IMG/VR virus record: IMGVR_UViG_2896262711_000007
Span: 15,784 to 79,783 of that record
Source: a virus
Taxonomy: Duplodnaviria > Caudoviricetes
DNA length: 64,000 bases
Strand: one strand, 5' to 3'
Below are positions 9,683 to 22,000 of the stretch, piece after piece. A program made the translations under genes and the position numbers. Within the stretch, counting starts at the first letter, position 1. Each line of letters opens with the position of its first letter. The notes beneath the pieces were generated by a model. That model saw only the letters and a program-made list of their open reading frames with translations. It ran no database searches and was not told the DNA's origin.

Positions 9683-9730
9683 AGGGCCAGCACCCCGCCG
9701 CGCCCAACCACCGCAACTGCACCACCACAG

Positions 9731-9762
9731 CGCCGCCGGCACCCGCCGCGCGGCTTTTTTTG
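9731..9762 (+). terminator. Possible rho-independent terminator/attenuator upstream of the tube gene
   Basis: GC-rich stem followed by a T-run (gccgc...gcggcttttttt). Confidence 0.4.
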
Positions 9763-9783
9763 TGCCCACAGGAGGGGCCACCG

Positions 9784-10989
9784 ATGGGAACCACCGGGAT
9801 GAACACCGCGGCGGTCGAAACGACCGACGTCGTCATGTCCTACGGCCTGGAGTCGCAGTGGGGCGTTGCCCCCGCGACAACCTTCCAGGCGTGGCGCATG
9901 ACCTCCGAAAGCATGGCGGGCAAGAAGACCCGCTCGCGACCGGATGAGATCAACGACTCCGCCCAGGTCAGCGCGGCCGTCACCACCCAGGAAGGGGCCG
10001 ACGGCGCGATCAATCTCGCGCTCAGCTACGGCACCTACGACGATGCCTTCTGCTCGCTGCTGAACTCGTCCTGGTCGAACGCCCTGAACATCGCCGGCAC
10101 CAGCGGCGACATCGCCTTCGTCGCCCAGGCCGGCGGAAACAAGATCACCAGCACGACGTCCAACAAGTTCCAGAACGTCGTGGCCGGCCAGTACATCAAG
10201 GTCATGGGCTGCGCCGCGGCGCCCGGCGGCAACAGCGCATCGTTCTTCGTCAAGGTCGACAGCAAGCCGGACAACCAGACGCTGATCGTCAGCGGCAAGG
10301 CGCTGGTGGCGGAAAGCCCAGCGGGCGCCGCGGTGACCATCCGCGGGTCGATGATCCGGAACAGCAACGTCGGCCAGACGCTGTTCGTCCAGAAGAAGCT
10401 GGGCACCGCCGGCTTCCTGACCTATCCCGGCAGTTTCGCCTCCGGCGGCAACCTCGACTGCCAACAGGGTCAGTTCACCACCGGCTCGATCAACTACATT
10501 TCGCAGATCGAGAACAAGGCGCTGGTCGACAGCTCCACCGGTGGCGTTCTGCCCGCGCCGACCGGCCCGGTCATCGATCCTGTCGCCGGCATGCAGAACC
10601 TGACGATCAACGGCACCGCCATCGCGGCGGCCGTGCAGTCGCTGAAGCTGCAATTCCAGAAGGAAGGTGCTGCGGCGCACTACGCCTTGATGTCGTCCGG
10701 CGCGGTGATGATCACGAAGGGCAAGCTGGCGGTCACCGGCACGGCCGAACTCTATTTCGCCAATTTCAACGAATACGACCGGTTCAAGTCCGAATCGATG
10801 GCGCCGATTTCCTACCGGCAAGTCGACAAGACTGGCGCGGCCTACGTGCTGACGCTCATCAACGCCGGCCTGATGAATCCGAAGATCACCGCCGGCGGGC
10901 CGGGCCGTCCGGTCGTCGCGTCCTTCGAACTGGAGGGCAACCCTGATCCGGTTACCGGCGCCACCTTCCAGATGGACCGCGCGGCCTGA
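9784..10989 (+). CDS. Phage tail tube (major tail) protein
   Basis: ES.WGV.P, R.TSES, DEI, G.IN.ALSYG.YD, G...VTGT.ELYF; precedes chaperone and TMP. Confidence 0.85.
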   Translation: MGTTGMNTAAVETTDVVMSYGLESQWGVAPATTFQAWRMTSESMAGKKTRSRPDEINDSAQVSAAVTTQEGADGAINLALSYGTYDDAFCSLLNSSWSNALNIAGTSGDIAFVAQAGGNKITSTTSNKFQNVVAGQYIKVMGCAAAPGGNSASFFVKVDSKPDNQTLIVSGKALVAESPAGAAVTIRGSMIRNSNVGQTLFVQKKLGTAGFLTYPGSFASGGNLDCQQGQFTTGSINYISQIENKALVDSSTGGVLPAPTGPVIDPVAGMQNLTINGTAIAAAVQSLKLQFQKEGAAAHYALMSSGAVMITKGKLAVTGTAELYFANFNEYDRFKSESMAPISYRQVDKTGAAYVLTLINAGLMNPKITAGGPGRPVVASFELEGNPDPVTGATFQMDRAA

Positions 10990-11009
10990 GCGCCGGAATG
11001 GAGAAGACA

Positions 11010-11456
11010 ATGCAGACCGAACAGACCGCCGTCCTGGCTCCGACCGGCAACCACACTTGGTCGATCACCATCGACGGCGTTACGGACGAGGCCTTCCGCG
11101 TCTTCTGGCACGGCGAAGGCCGAACCGAGTTCCGCCGGACCGAAGGCGGCGACGTCGAGCACGTCGTCGTGTCGGGGCTCCAGGACGACTTCCAGAAAAC
11201 CGAGGCCGCGCTCGAAGCTCCGGTGCTGTCGCTCAGCCACCCCGAGATGTGGCAGAAGGCCGCGCCGGAGGATATCTCGGCGTCGCCCGCCCCTGATGAG
11301 GCCCTGAACGCGCCAGCCGGGTCCGCAACGCCTGCCACGCTGGCCATCACCGAGACCGCAGTGCCTGACCTGTCGACCTCGCGCCGCCGCCGTTCCACCG
11401 GTGGCGACAGCGACGCCCAGGCGACCGAAACCGCCACGGATACCCTGGAGGGCTGA
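11010..11456 (+). CDS. Hypothetical protein
   Basis: ORF with GGAG RBS between the tube and chaperone genes. Confidence 0.55.
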   Translation: MQTEQTAVLAPTGNHTWSITIDGVTDEAFRVFWHGEGRTEFRRTEGGDVEHVVVSGLQDDFQKTEAALEAPVLSLSHPEMWQKAAPEDISASPAPDEALNAPAGSATPATLAITETAVPDLSTSRRRRSTGGDSDAQATETATDTLEG

Positions 11457-11483
11457 CACCCTCCCCTCAGCAAATACCGAGAC

Positions 11484-11610
11484 CCCGGCCCGACAGCCGG
11501 GAAACCTGCCAGCCAGCCGGCCGGCGGGGTGGTGGCGCGTGCCCATGATGGGAGCGCCACGAGGGGCGGTGTGTCGGCGCCGCCCCATCCCTCATCCAAC
11601 CGACATTGGA
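11484..11610 (+). promoter_or_regulatory. Structured 5' leader with complementary hairpin loops (CCGACA / TGTCGG / CCGACA)
   Basis: Stems cccggc/gccggg, gtggcgc/gcgccac, ggggcggtg/cgccgcccc and tccaa/ttgga read directly. Confidence 0.55.
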
Positions 11611-11622
11611 AAGACAGAGACC

Positions 11623-12171
11623 ATGAACGCCTTCGCAAATACCGATCTCACTGCCGACGCCCTGGCCTCCGATGCGATGAACAACCGCGCCTTCTTCAAT
11701 ACCGACCCCGCCCTTGAGTCGGGGATTGGCATCAAGGTCTTCATCGGTGACTGGGGCTTCAAGACGAAGCGCGCCGGCGGCTCCAACAAGGCGTTCAGCG
11801 CCCGCATGACGATCGTGCGCAAGCCCTACGAGCGCCTGCTGTCGGCCAAGCCCGGCCCGAATGACGAAGCGCTGGTCATCCAGCAGCAGGAAATCATGCA
11901 GAAGCTGCTGATCCGCGCCTCGGCCGAGAAGCTGCTTCTGCCGGAGTGGGAGGGCGTCACCTTGGCTGACCTCCACGCCTCGCTGGAAGACGGCTCGATG
12001 CCAGAGGGCATGACCGCGTCGGATCCGGCCCCGTTCAGTATCGAGAACGCCGTGCTGCTGTTCAGCAGGTTCCCGGAGAGCTTCGACGAGTTCTTCGGTG
12101 AAGCGTCCAAGATGGGCAACTTCCGCCGGCAGCTGGTGCAGGATCAGGCGGGAAACTCCGCGAGCGCCTGA
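11623..12171 (+). CDS. Tail assembly chaperone (gpG-like)
   Basis: F.TD..LE.G, RAGGSN..F, WEGV, PFS.EN...LF..FP..F; ends in a slippery site. Confidence 0.8.
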   Translation: MNAFANTDLTADALASDAMNNRAFFNTDPALESGIGIKVFIGDWGFKTKRAGGSNKAFSARMTIVRKPYERLLSAKPGPNDEALVIQQQEIMQKLLIRASAEKLLLPEWEGVTLADLHASLEDGSMPEGMTASDPAPFSIENAVLLFSRFPESFDEFFGEASKMGNFRRQLVQDQAGNSASA

Positions 12172-12482
12172 GATGGGCGCTTGATTGGGAGCCGAGACGG
12201 GGGTTCCTGGAGGGGTTGGTCCAATCGGGGATCGACCCCAACGCCCTCGACCATGAGCCGGATCCCGATCCGTATCTCGACTGGGTGTTCACCGCCTTCA
12301 GGCGGCTGAGCACCTGCCGGTCCATGGGCATGGCGGCGGGGCATATCCCCTGGACCGCCATCACCGCCTATGCAGCATCTTGCGGCATCGAAGATGAGGA
12401 TGAGGTTGATGATTTCGTCGACCTCATCATTGCAATGGATGGCGAATACCTGAAGCCCAAGGACCATAAGGGCGGCAATTAG
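12150..12482 (+). CDS. gpT-like extension expressed by -1 frameshift (G-GT)
   Basis: G GGA AAC at 12150-12156; -1 frame open to TAG at 12480-12482; AF..LS..R..GM....IPW.AI..YA motif. Confidence 0.75.
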   Translation, partial: GKLRERLRWALDWEPRRGFLEGLVQSGIDPNALDHEPDPDPYLDWVFTAFRRLSTCRSMGMAAGHIPWTAITAYAASCGIEDEDEVDDFVDLIIAMDGEYLKPKDHKGGN

Positions 12483-12546
12483 CTCTGCCGCCCTTTTCAA
12501 GAATGAATTACATCATCGTTAAAATATGTTTATCTCCGAGTTTATC

Positions 12547-12876
12547 TTATTCCTTCTTGGGATCATTTTTAGACCACAGGAAATCGTACCCCTCAGCTGC
12601 AATCTTCCTCTCCATCTGTCTTAGCAATGACGGACTTCTGATTGTTCTTTCTTCGTGTGGAAAAATCGGAGAATTGTAAATTAATATTTCATCAACACCG
12701 AAGATAAATTTATCACCAGCAAGCAATTTGATATCACTAATTCCCGAATCAAGACCATCCGCCATACGGCGCTGACCTTCAGCTATTACGTCGGCGAGAA
12801 CATTACTGCCCATTTCAAATTGCTTATCGCCTTTCTTGTACCGAAGCTTAAACGGCATTTCTTCAGTCATTACCAT
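12547..12876 (-). CDS. Low-GC moron, hypothetical protein
   Basis: 109 aa AT-rich ORF antisense between chaperone and TMP; AAGGA RBS. Confidence 0.6.
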   Translation of the reverse strand: MVMTEEMPFKLRYKKGDKQFEMGSNVLADVIAEGQRRMADGLDSGISDIKLLAGDKFIFGVDEILIYNSPIFPHEERTIRSPSLLRQMERKIAAEGYDFLWSKNDPKKE

Positions 12877-13004
12877 TTCCTTTCAGTGCAGCGGTGCGCC
12901 TTGGGTAAAGCCGCAAATCAGCGTCTCTGCGCCCACCCGCAATCGTATCGCGTGTAAATGTCTATGCCTACTCCCCGTTTAACCTAGCTGTTTGGAGTGC
13001 GCTC

Positions 13005-16000
13005 ATGCCCGATGCAGTTCTTTCCGTTGGCATTGAAACTTCCGAGACTGAACGTGGTTCCAGGGTCTTCCGCCGGGAAATGGCGGATATGGCCAACAGC
13101 GCCCGCGACGGCATGAGCGCGGTCGACCGCTACAACACCTCGCTGGGCGCCGGCGGCTCTGCTACCGACCTGTTCGCTAAGCAGACCGCCACCATGGCTG
13201 CCGGCATCAAGGCGCTGGAGGGCAACCTCGCAACGAGCACACGCGCCGTCAATGACCTGAGCCTGAAATTCGACGTCGTCCGGCAGGCGGCCAAGAATGC
13301 CGTCACCTCCCTTCAGGACTTCGGACGCACCAAGTTCACCGGCGATGTCACGGCGCAGATGAACCGTCTCGCGGAAGACATGACCCGCGCCATGGATGCC
13401 GGCGGCAAGGGTGCTGTCTCCGCGGCCCGCGCTGCCCAGAAAGAGATCCTCACGCTCGCCCGCCAGCAAGCCGACGAACAGCTGGCCGCGGTCCGGGAGG
13501 CGGCACAGAAGCGCATTGCCGGCGCCCAAGAGGAATACGAGCGCATCAGGGAATTGCACAAGGGCGCGAAGACGGAGATCGCCGCGCAGGAACGCGCTGC
13601 AGCCCAGCAGGCGCTGGAGCAGGCCAAGGCATCCGCTGCATCCGACATCGCCACCACGAAGGCGGCGAACTCCGCCACCCTGAATGAACTTAAGGCTCGG
13701 ACGAACGAGATCATCGCCCTGAAACAGCGGGAGTCCGTCGTCCAGAGCGAATATGAGCGAGGCCTGGGAGCGGTTGCCAAAGCGGAGCAGCAGCTCGACG
13801 GGGCGCTGACCCGGCTGATCGCTACCGAGAAGGCGCATGCTACCCAGGCCGCCGCCAATTCGCAGGACAATGAGCGTCTGCTGGCCGTCGTACGCCGCGG
13901 CACGGAGGTTCGGAAAGCCAGTACGGCCGCGATCACCGCAGAGACCGCGGCGCTCCGTTCTCACGCCGACGCCACCCAGCAGAGCGGCCGCTACTCGGTG
14001 AGCAATGGCGGGCTGCTGGCGGCCAACGTGCCCGCGCCGGCATCCGTCAAACCCGTGCCAGCCTCGCAGTCCGCTACGGACCTGGAGCAGGAGAAGGTTG
14101 ATGTCATAGCCCTGACCGATTCCCTCGATAAGCTGATCCTCCGTCACGATTACGAGTCCGCGGCCATCGCCCGGCGCAATGAAGCGCTGGACACCCTGCA
14201 TGCTGCCCGCAAGGCCGGCATCATCGATGACGAAGACGAATATGACCGGCTGCGCAAACTGATCACCGGAGATGCTGCCAAGGCCGATGCTCTCTCCGCG
14301 CTGAAGAACCAGTACAGCGGCGTCTCGGAGGCCCAGCGCCGCTACACGGCCGAAGTCGAGCGCGCCACCAAGATCCTGGATGCCGCCGGCGCGTCCGATG
14401 AAGACCGCGCCGCGATCCTGCATGAAGTGGCGCAGGCCTACGATCCGACCATTGCCGCCCAGAAGAAGGCCATGGAGGATGCAGAGCGCCTGGCGGCGGA
14501 AAACGACCGCCTTGCCGCCTCCTACACCTCGCTTATGGGCAGCATCGATCCGGCCATCCGCCGGCAGGCCGCCTATGAGCAGGCACTGGCCCAGGTCGTC
14601 GCCTACCACACCAGCATCGGCAGCAGCACCGAAGCCATGGCCGCCGACATGGACCGCGTGAAGAACGCCATGAGTCCCGCTGCGATCGAGGCGCAGAAGG
14701 AGGCCGATGCGGTTACCAAGCTTCTCGACCGCCTGGAGCCGACGGCAAAGAAGTCCCGCGAACTTGCTGCCGATCAGGAACTGCTCCGCAAGGCGATGGC
14801 TGCCGAAGGTGCCGATGTCGCCAAGCTGACCGCGGCGATGGAAAAGCTGAACGCTGAACAGGACCGGCTCGGCAAAAAGATGTCGAAGGGCGAGGCCCGC
14901 ATGAACCAGCAGGTTCTGGGATCCGTCGGCGTCAACACCGTCCAGTCCCTGGCGTCCGGCATCCCGCTCGAAACCGTCGCGATGACGCAGGGCACCCAAC
15001 TTCTGACCCTGCTCCAGGGCGGCAGCGTGGCATTGCTCGGCTATGCCGCGGCGGCAGTGGCGACGATTGGCCCCGTGGTGGCACTGGGCATCGCCGTCAA
15101 GAACTACACCGGCTCGCTGCGGGAACTGGACCGCGTCAACCGCCTAACCGGCAACAGCTCGGGCATGGCGACCCAGCAGATTGTCGCCCAGGCTGACGCG
15201 GCTGCGGCTGCCGCAGGCATCTCGCGCAGCGCCGCCCGTGATCTGGAAACCCAGTACGCCGGAACCGGTCGCATCGGCGGGCAGATGCTGGGTGAGGTCA
15301 CGAAAGCCACCAAGGACTGGGCCACCGCTACCAGCCAGGATATGGATTCAGCGAGCAAGGATCTCGCTGGCATGTTCACCGATCCGGCTCGCGCCGCGGA
15401 GGAACTGACCAAGAAGTACGGGTTCTTTTCTGACGCGCAGTTGCAGGTCATCAAGAACTACCAGGCACAGGGCAATCTGGAACAGGCGCAGGCGCGGCTG
15501 CTCGATGGGATCAGCTCCCGAACGAAAGGAGCGGCTGAGAATGTGGTTTGGTATGCCAAGGCATGGGAAAAAGTCTCAAAGGTCGTTTCTGATGCCTCAG
15601 ACGCTTCAGCCCGTCTCTTCGTCGACCAGGAGAGCGCTGCCGAAAAAGCAAGGCGCCTGACAAATGAACTGACGATCCAGCGCACCAGCCGTGGCGGCAT
15701 CGTAAATGATCGCACCACCGGCCCCTTGCCGCAAATGGTGACACGGATTACCGGCGGTCGTGGTGGTGGCGTCCGAACGCTTGAAGGCTCAAATGACGCC
15801 TGGAAGCGTCTCGAACTCATGAACGCTGAGGAGATGAATCGGCGTCAACTCCAGATGTCGAGCACGCAGAAGAACGCGGCAGATGCGAGGCGTCTCGAAG
15901 CACAGCTGATGGACTTCGTGCGCGCCACGGATCCCAGCATCAACGCCGCACAGAGCTTCGCTAACGCCGAAAAGCTGGTCAATGAAGCCGTCGCGAAGAA

Positions 16001-19000
16001 TCCTGCACTCCAAGATCAGGCCACCCGTGCGCTCGGCATCTACAAGCAGCAGTTGATCGAGGCGATTGACCCGGCGAAGGTCTTCGCAATCGAAATGGAG
16101 CGGCAGGCCCGCGTCATGGAAGCGGCGGCCGGCCGGGCGCGCGACTTTGAGCAGCAGCGGCAAGCTGTGCTCCAGAAGCGGGGTGCTCAGCCCGGCGACA
16201 GCCTCACGGCCGCAGAGACCGCGGACATCAACCAGGGTCTGGACCGCAAGTATGCGGCCGAGGCGACTGACCGGCACCGCACGGCAGAGGAGGCAATCAC
16301 CGACGCCCGCACTCTCGCGGCCGCCATCGCTTCGCTGTCGCAACCTGCCATCATCGCCGCACAGGCTCAGGCTGCTTACAATAAGGTGATCCGCGAGACG
16401 ACGGACGCCACCCACCCGCTTGGGGACGTTCAGGCAGCTCAGCAGGCGCAGCAGGATGCCCTCACGAAGAGCACCATCGAATGGTCGGCGCAGGTCGATG
16501 CGTCGGTCGCCACCGCGAGCCTCGCGGTAGCCGCGTCCCAGCGGTTGGCGGCTGCCCAGGCCAAGGGCGGCGACATCGCCATGGCCCAGGCGCAGGCACA
16601 GAACGTCTATGCGGAGAACATTGCCCGCGGTGTCGATCCGACCCGCGCGCTCGCCCTGGCGCAGGCCGACCTGAGCAAATCGGTGGCGACGTTGGCCGGG
16701 CAGCAGGCGGCCTGGAACCGCGACATGCTGGAGCAGATCGATGCCGCTCACCGTCTCGCGTTGGCGGAGTCCGTCTCCAGTGCGGCAGTGGCGGAAGCAG
16801 CGATCCAGAACAAGACCAGGGCGCAGGCGCTGAAGGAAGGCGTCGGCCTGGAGTCCGACCGCGCGCAGGCCATCGAGGCTGCGACCCGCGCCTTGGAGGC
16901 GCAAAATGCCGTCGCGCGCGTCAACAATTCGATCCGGCAGGGTAACCAGGATCTGAAGGTCGCCCGCGCCGAATATGACCTGCTGGGCGCCACGAACGCC
17001 GAGCGGGAGCGCTCGGTCGCCGTCCTCAAGGCCACGCTTGAGGTCCAGAACTCCGCGGACTGGCAGGCCGTGCCGCAGGCGACCCGCGATGCCTGGATCG
17101 CACAGGCCGGCGCGGTCGCGGAATATAAATCCCGCGTCGCCGATGCGACCGAGACCAGCCGCGACTTTGCCAACGTCATCACCAAGGGCTTCGAGGATGC
17201 CCTGCTGGGCGGAGAGAAACTGTCGAGCGTGTTCAAGGCGCTGGCCAAGGATATCGAACGCGTGTTCCTGCGCAGCTTTGTCACGAAGCCGATGGAGGGC
17301 TGGATCCAGGGCACGATGACGAAGCTGCTGTCGCCGACGCCGGCCAACGACAACATGGTGAAGGCGGTCAACGACAACGATCCAGGTGGTTACCGGGCTG
17401 CGTTCGAGCGTCTGGCCGGCAACGCCGGAGTCGGCTCGCTCGGTACCCGCGGCAATCCGATGATCGTGCAGTTCGCCGACGGCAACGCGGCGCTGAACCT
17501 GAGCACGGCAACCAGTGGCGGCCCTATGCCGGTCGCGATCAAGGACGGCGGGCAGGTCGTCGACATGCTTCGCTCGGAAGCCCGCGCCCAGGGCGTGCCT
17601 GAGGATGTCGTTCTCGCCATCGCCAAGATCGAAAGCGGCTTCAAGCAGTATCGCGACGATGGCCGGGTACTGACCTCGGATGCAGGCGCCATGGGCGTTA
17701 TGCAATTGATGCCCGGTACCGCGAAATGGCTGGGCGTCGATGCCACCGACACCCAGCAGAACATCCAGGGAGGCGTCAAATTCCTGGCGATGCTGGGAAG
17801 GCAATTCGGCGGGAACTGGACCCTCACGGCCGGCGCATACAATGCCGGGCCAACCCGCATGACGGAACACCTGCGGGACGGTCGGGCATTGCCCGCCGAA
17901 GCCGTCAAATACATGGGAGACTTCGGGGCCACCATCAAATCGGCCAACACGGACGTTGCGTCTCTCACCGCCCGCGTCACAGGAGCAACTCGCGCTACCG
18001 AAGGCGTCACCGCTGCCCAGGAGTCCGCGCTCCAGGCGCAGTTCGATGCGATCGACGCTCAGAAGTCGTCCACCAGCACGGTCCAAACCCTCAACGATTC
18101 CCAGCAGACGCTGGTGGACTCAGTGCTGGGCATCTCCCACGCCAACGAAAACGCCAGCCAAAGCGCAGTCTCTGTCGCCAACGATCTGACCTCTGCCGCC
18201 GTCGGCGCCGTGACCTTCGGTGATGCGGCTGCGACGGGGGCAGACAGCTTCCTGGGCAGTATCAAGAAGCTGGTCAGCGGTGCGTCCGACTTCTTCGGCG
18301 ACATCCTCGGTATCGGGCAATCCAGCCAGCAGAAGGTCATCAAGAACTCTGACGGGAGCACCAGCTTCGCGCCGGCTACCAAGGGTGTCGGTGGCTCGTG
18401 GCTGTCCTCTCCCGTGTTTGGGCAAAGCGAATCCGCCCGGCCAGATTCCAACTTCGTCGGCCCGATGCCTGGCAGGGCTGCTGAAGGGATCGGCGGGTGG
18501 AATCCGAGCTGGGGACAGGTGATCCAGGGAATCGGCGGCATTGCCTCGGGTGCCGCGATGGCAACGCAGAAAGGGGCCAGCGTTGGGCAGCAGATCGGCG
18601 GGGGCCTGACTGCGGCCGGCGGTATCGCCGCGATGATCCCCGGTGGCCAGATCGTCGGCGGCGTCATGATGGCGGCCGGCGCGTTGCTGTCGGCCGTTAC
18701 CGGGGCGAAGGATCGAGGTGAGAAGTACAGCATCAGCCACATCACCTTGGGCGCCAACGGCAAGTATGCACTCGGCAGTTACGCCGAAGACAATGGGGGC
18801 GATCCGACAAGGTTTAACAGCGACGCCACCAAAGTCGCCAAGGGGCTGAACGACATCATCGCCCGGCTGAACCTGACTGCGACTGGCAAGGACAGCTACA
18901 TCGATAGCAAGAACAAGTCGGCTGAACAGGCCGCGCTTGATCTGCTGAAGGGGATGCGATCCGGTGTCCCTGAGATCGCATATGCGATTGCGCATGAAAG

Positions 19001-22000
19001 CGCCGTAATCCTTGAAGATATGCTGTCGCACCTGGAGTTCGCGAACAGCTTCAACAACCAAGTCCAGTCGCTGCGCTCGTCCATCTCCGACCTCTTCTCG
19101 CAGTTCCAAACGGGGGTCGAAGCGGGTAACACACTCGGCCGCACCCTGCTGGATTTCGTCAACAACGCCCAGACGGTCTTTGCGGTCAGTTCCGGCGCCA
19201 AGCTGCCCGGCTTCGCGACGGGCACGCTCTCGGCTCCTTCCGGGTGGGCCATCGTCGGTGAGGAAGGCCCGGAGCTGGTCCGCCTCTCTGGCGGCGAACG
19301 CATCTGGAACGCGCGGGAATCCGCCCAGATGTTGGCCGCGCAGGGTGTCGGAGCGGACACGCAACTGGTGCATGTCCGGTCCGATGAACTGGCCTGGATG
19401 GACCGCATGCTGGGCGGTCGCCGCACTAACCCAACAACCGGCCTCCCGATGTATCTGGAAGGCGACACGGGCGGGGTTGGCGACACCGGCGGTCATAGCG
19501 GCGGCGGCCACAATAGCAACGGCTCCGGGCCGACGGGCGGCGAGAATGCCGCCACTGGCTCGGCCTACGGCAGCACGGCTGACCGGGACGCGGCCTATGG
19601 GGGTGGCTGGGGCACCTCGTCCGGCGGTGGCGGTGGCGTGATCGACACCATCAGCGGGTGGGTTTCGGCCGTCACCGGCTGGATGTCGGAGCTTGCCGGC
19701 TGGCAGGCCGACACTGCCGAAAACACCCAGGCGCAGACGCAGACCATGGCCGCTGTTGCAGGCCTCGGCCCGACCGCCGTTGCTGCCGCCCTGTCGGCTG
19801 CCGCCCAGGTCGCCGGCACCGGCCTGACCGGCATGCTGGAGGCCCTGACCGGCGAAAAGGGCACCGCCGCCGCAGTCAGCCATGACTACGGTGACCAGAC
19901 CAGCGCCGTGTCGGGCACCGCTGGCACCATCGGCGAGCGGGCCGTGGCCGCCAACGGTGGGCGGGGGTCCTTCGGAGCGTGGCAGGGCGCCTCCGCGACG
20001 GAGATCGACAGCACGTTGAAGGCGCTCGCCGATGCGCTGAAGGCTGATCCGACCGGCAAGCTGACGACCGAAATGGTCGGGGCTTCTCGTGTCGGCGATC
20101 CGGGCAGCGGCGGGATCAGTGTGCAGCAACTGGCCGACAACCCGTCGTGGATCATGCGTAATGAGGTGGGCGACCCCTCGTTGGCACTGAAGGAACTGGA
20201 CACGGCGGCCCAGCAGCTTCTCGCCGCCACCGGTGCGATTCCGGAGGTGTTGCAGCGCGCGCTGGACGGAGCCAACGCAACGGCGGCTTCGTTCGGCATT
20301 CCGACCGCGACCGCCGCCCGGCAGGTTCAGGAGGAGGCGGAGCGGCAGAAGGCTGGGAAGCTTGAGGAACAGTTTAACGCCGTGGGGTTGGTCCGGAGCC
20401 GGGTGTCGGAGTTGAACGACATCGTCACCTCGCTCGGCAACAACACCTTCAACGCGGTCGGCAAGGACTTCGACGCCCTGGCCGGCGACATGCGGAAAGC
20501 AGCCGACGCCTATATCGCCGCCGGGCAGGCGGTGCCCGACGGCCTCTATGGGGCCATGAAGCAGATGGAGGCCCTGGGCGCGGTCAAGAAGCGCCTGATG
20601 GATGAGGTATCGGGCGTCACCGTCGAGACATCACCCGAACAGAAGAAGGTCGAGCAACTCCGCGGCAAGTGGTCGAACACGGCCACGGATCTCGTTAAAG
20701 CCTTCGCGTCGGTGGGTATCGTCGGCGACGAACTCGCTGCGAAGCTCAACGAAGGTTTCGCCAACGGACTGAAGAAGGAACAGGGCGATTACAGCGATAC
20801 CCTGAATGTAGCTTTCCGGAAATCGAAGGGAGAGGAGGGATACGACAGCGCGGCCACGCTCATCAAATCATACAAGACCGCTGTCGATGATGTGAACGTG
20901 CTTTGGCCGGAAGGTGCCGCCCGCGCCGGACAGATGGCCAAGGTCACCGGCACGCTGACCAACGGCATGTCCGGCTTGGTCAAATCGGGCAGCATCACCA
21001 GCACCAGCTTGCAGGAGATCATCTCCAACTTCTCGGACATGCCGGAGGTGGTCAGCGCGGCGAGCACAGCACTCCAGAAGCTGAACGATGCCACCGCAGA
21101 AGCGGTCAAGACGTTCAATTCGGGCGTCGATTCCCGGATGTACGCCGCCTTGGGCAACAGTCGTGGGTCCGGGCTGATCACTCTTGATGAGCAGCAGCGC
21201 CAAGAACTGCTGAAGGCGAAAGAGGATGGGCGTGATACGAGCCAGCTGATTCAGGTCCAGGCGGCGGAGCGGGCCGCAAAAGCCTTCGAGCTGGCTCAGC
21301 AGGATGTGTTGGGTTCCTACGACCAGCAGATCAGCGCCCAGCAGGACCTGATCACGAACCTCCAGGAGGGAGCAGTCGCCGCGGCGAATGTCGCCCGGCA
21401 GTTCCGTCAGGCCTACGACAGCCTGGCGCTCAACGACAACAGCCCGCTCTCGGCTTACGAAAAGCTGGTCGAATCCCGCCGGCAGTTCGAAGCCGCTTAC
21501 ACCACCGCAACCAGCAGCACCGCCACCGACACGGAGAAGACGGCGGCGCAGCAACTGCTTCAGCAACTCGGTCCGACCGTGGTCCAGTTGGCGAACGCAT
21601 ATTTCGCCAACAGCGACAGAACGGACTACGACCGGGTCCGGACCGTGTTCGATCAACTTGGGACGGTCCCGACCAACGCCGATCTCGGAACGCCTGAGAA
21701 GCAGCTTCAGACGGCTCAGGACGCCTTGAAGGAGTTGCAGCGGCAGCGTGCCGAGGCTGCCCGGATCGGAGAGCGTCAGTATGGCGCGATGACCGGCCTG
21801 AAGGATGTCATGGACCAGAGCTATGCCGTCTGGCAGGCGGCCCTCGGCCCGCTCAAGGCACTCACCGGTACCAACGACAACACCCCACGCTACAGCGCGT
21901 CCGCAGCGGTGCAGACGGCTTGGGATGGGTTGTCGGCGGAGCAGCAACACGGTGTCGCCCGCGCCATGGGCTGGGGCGGTGATATCGACAGCGCCTTCAA

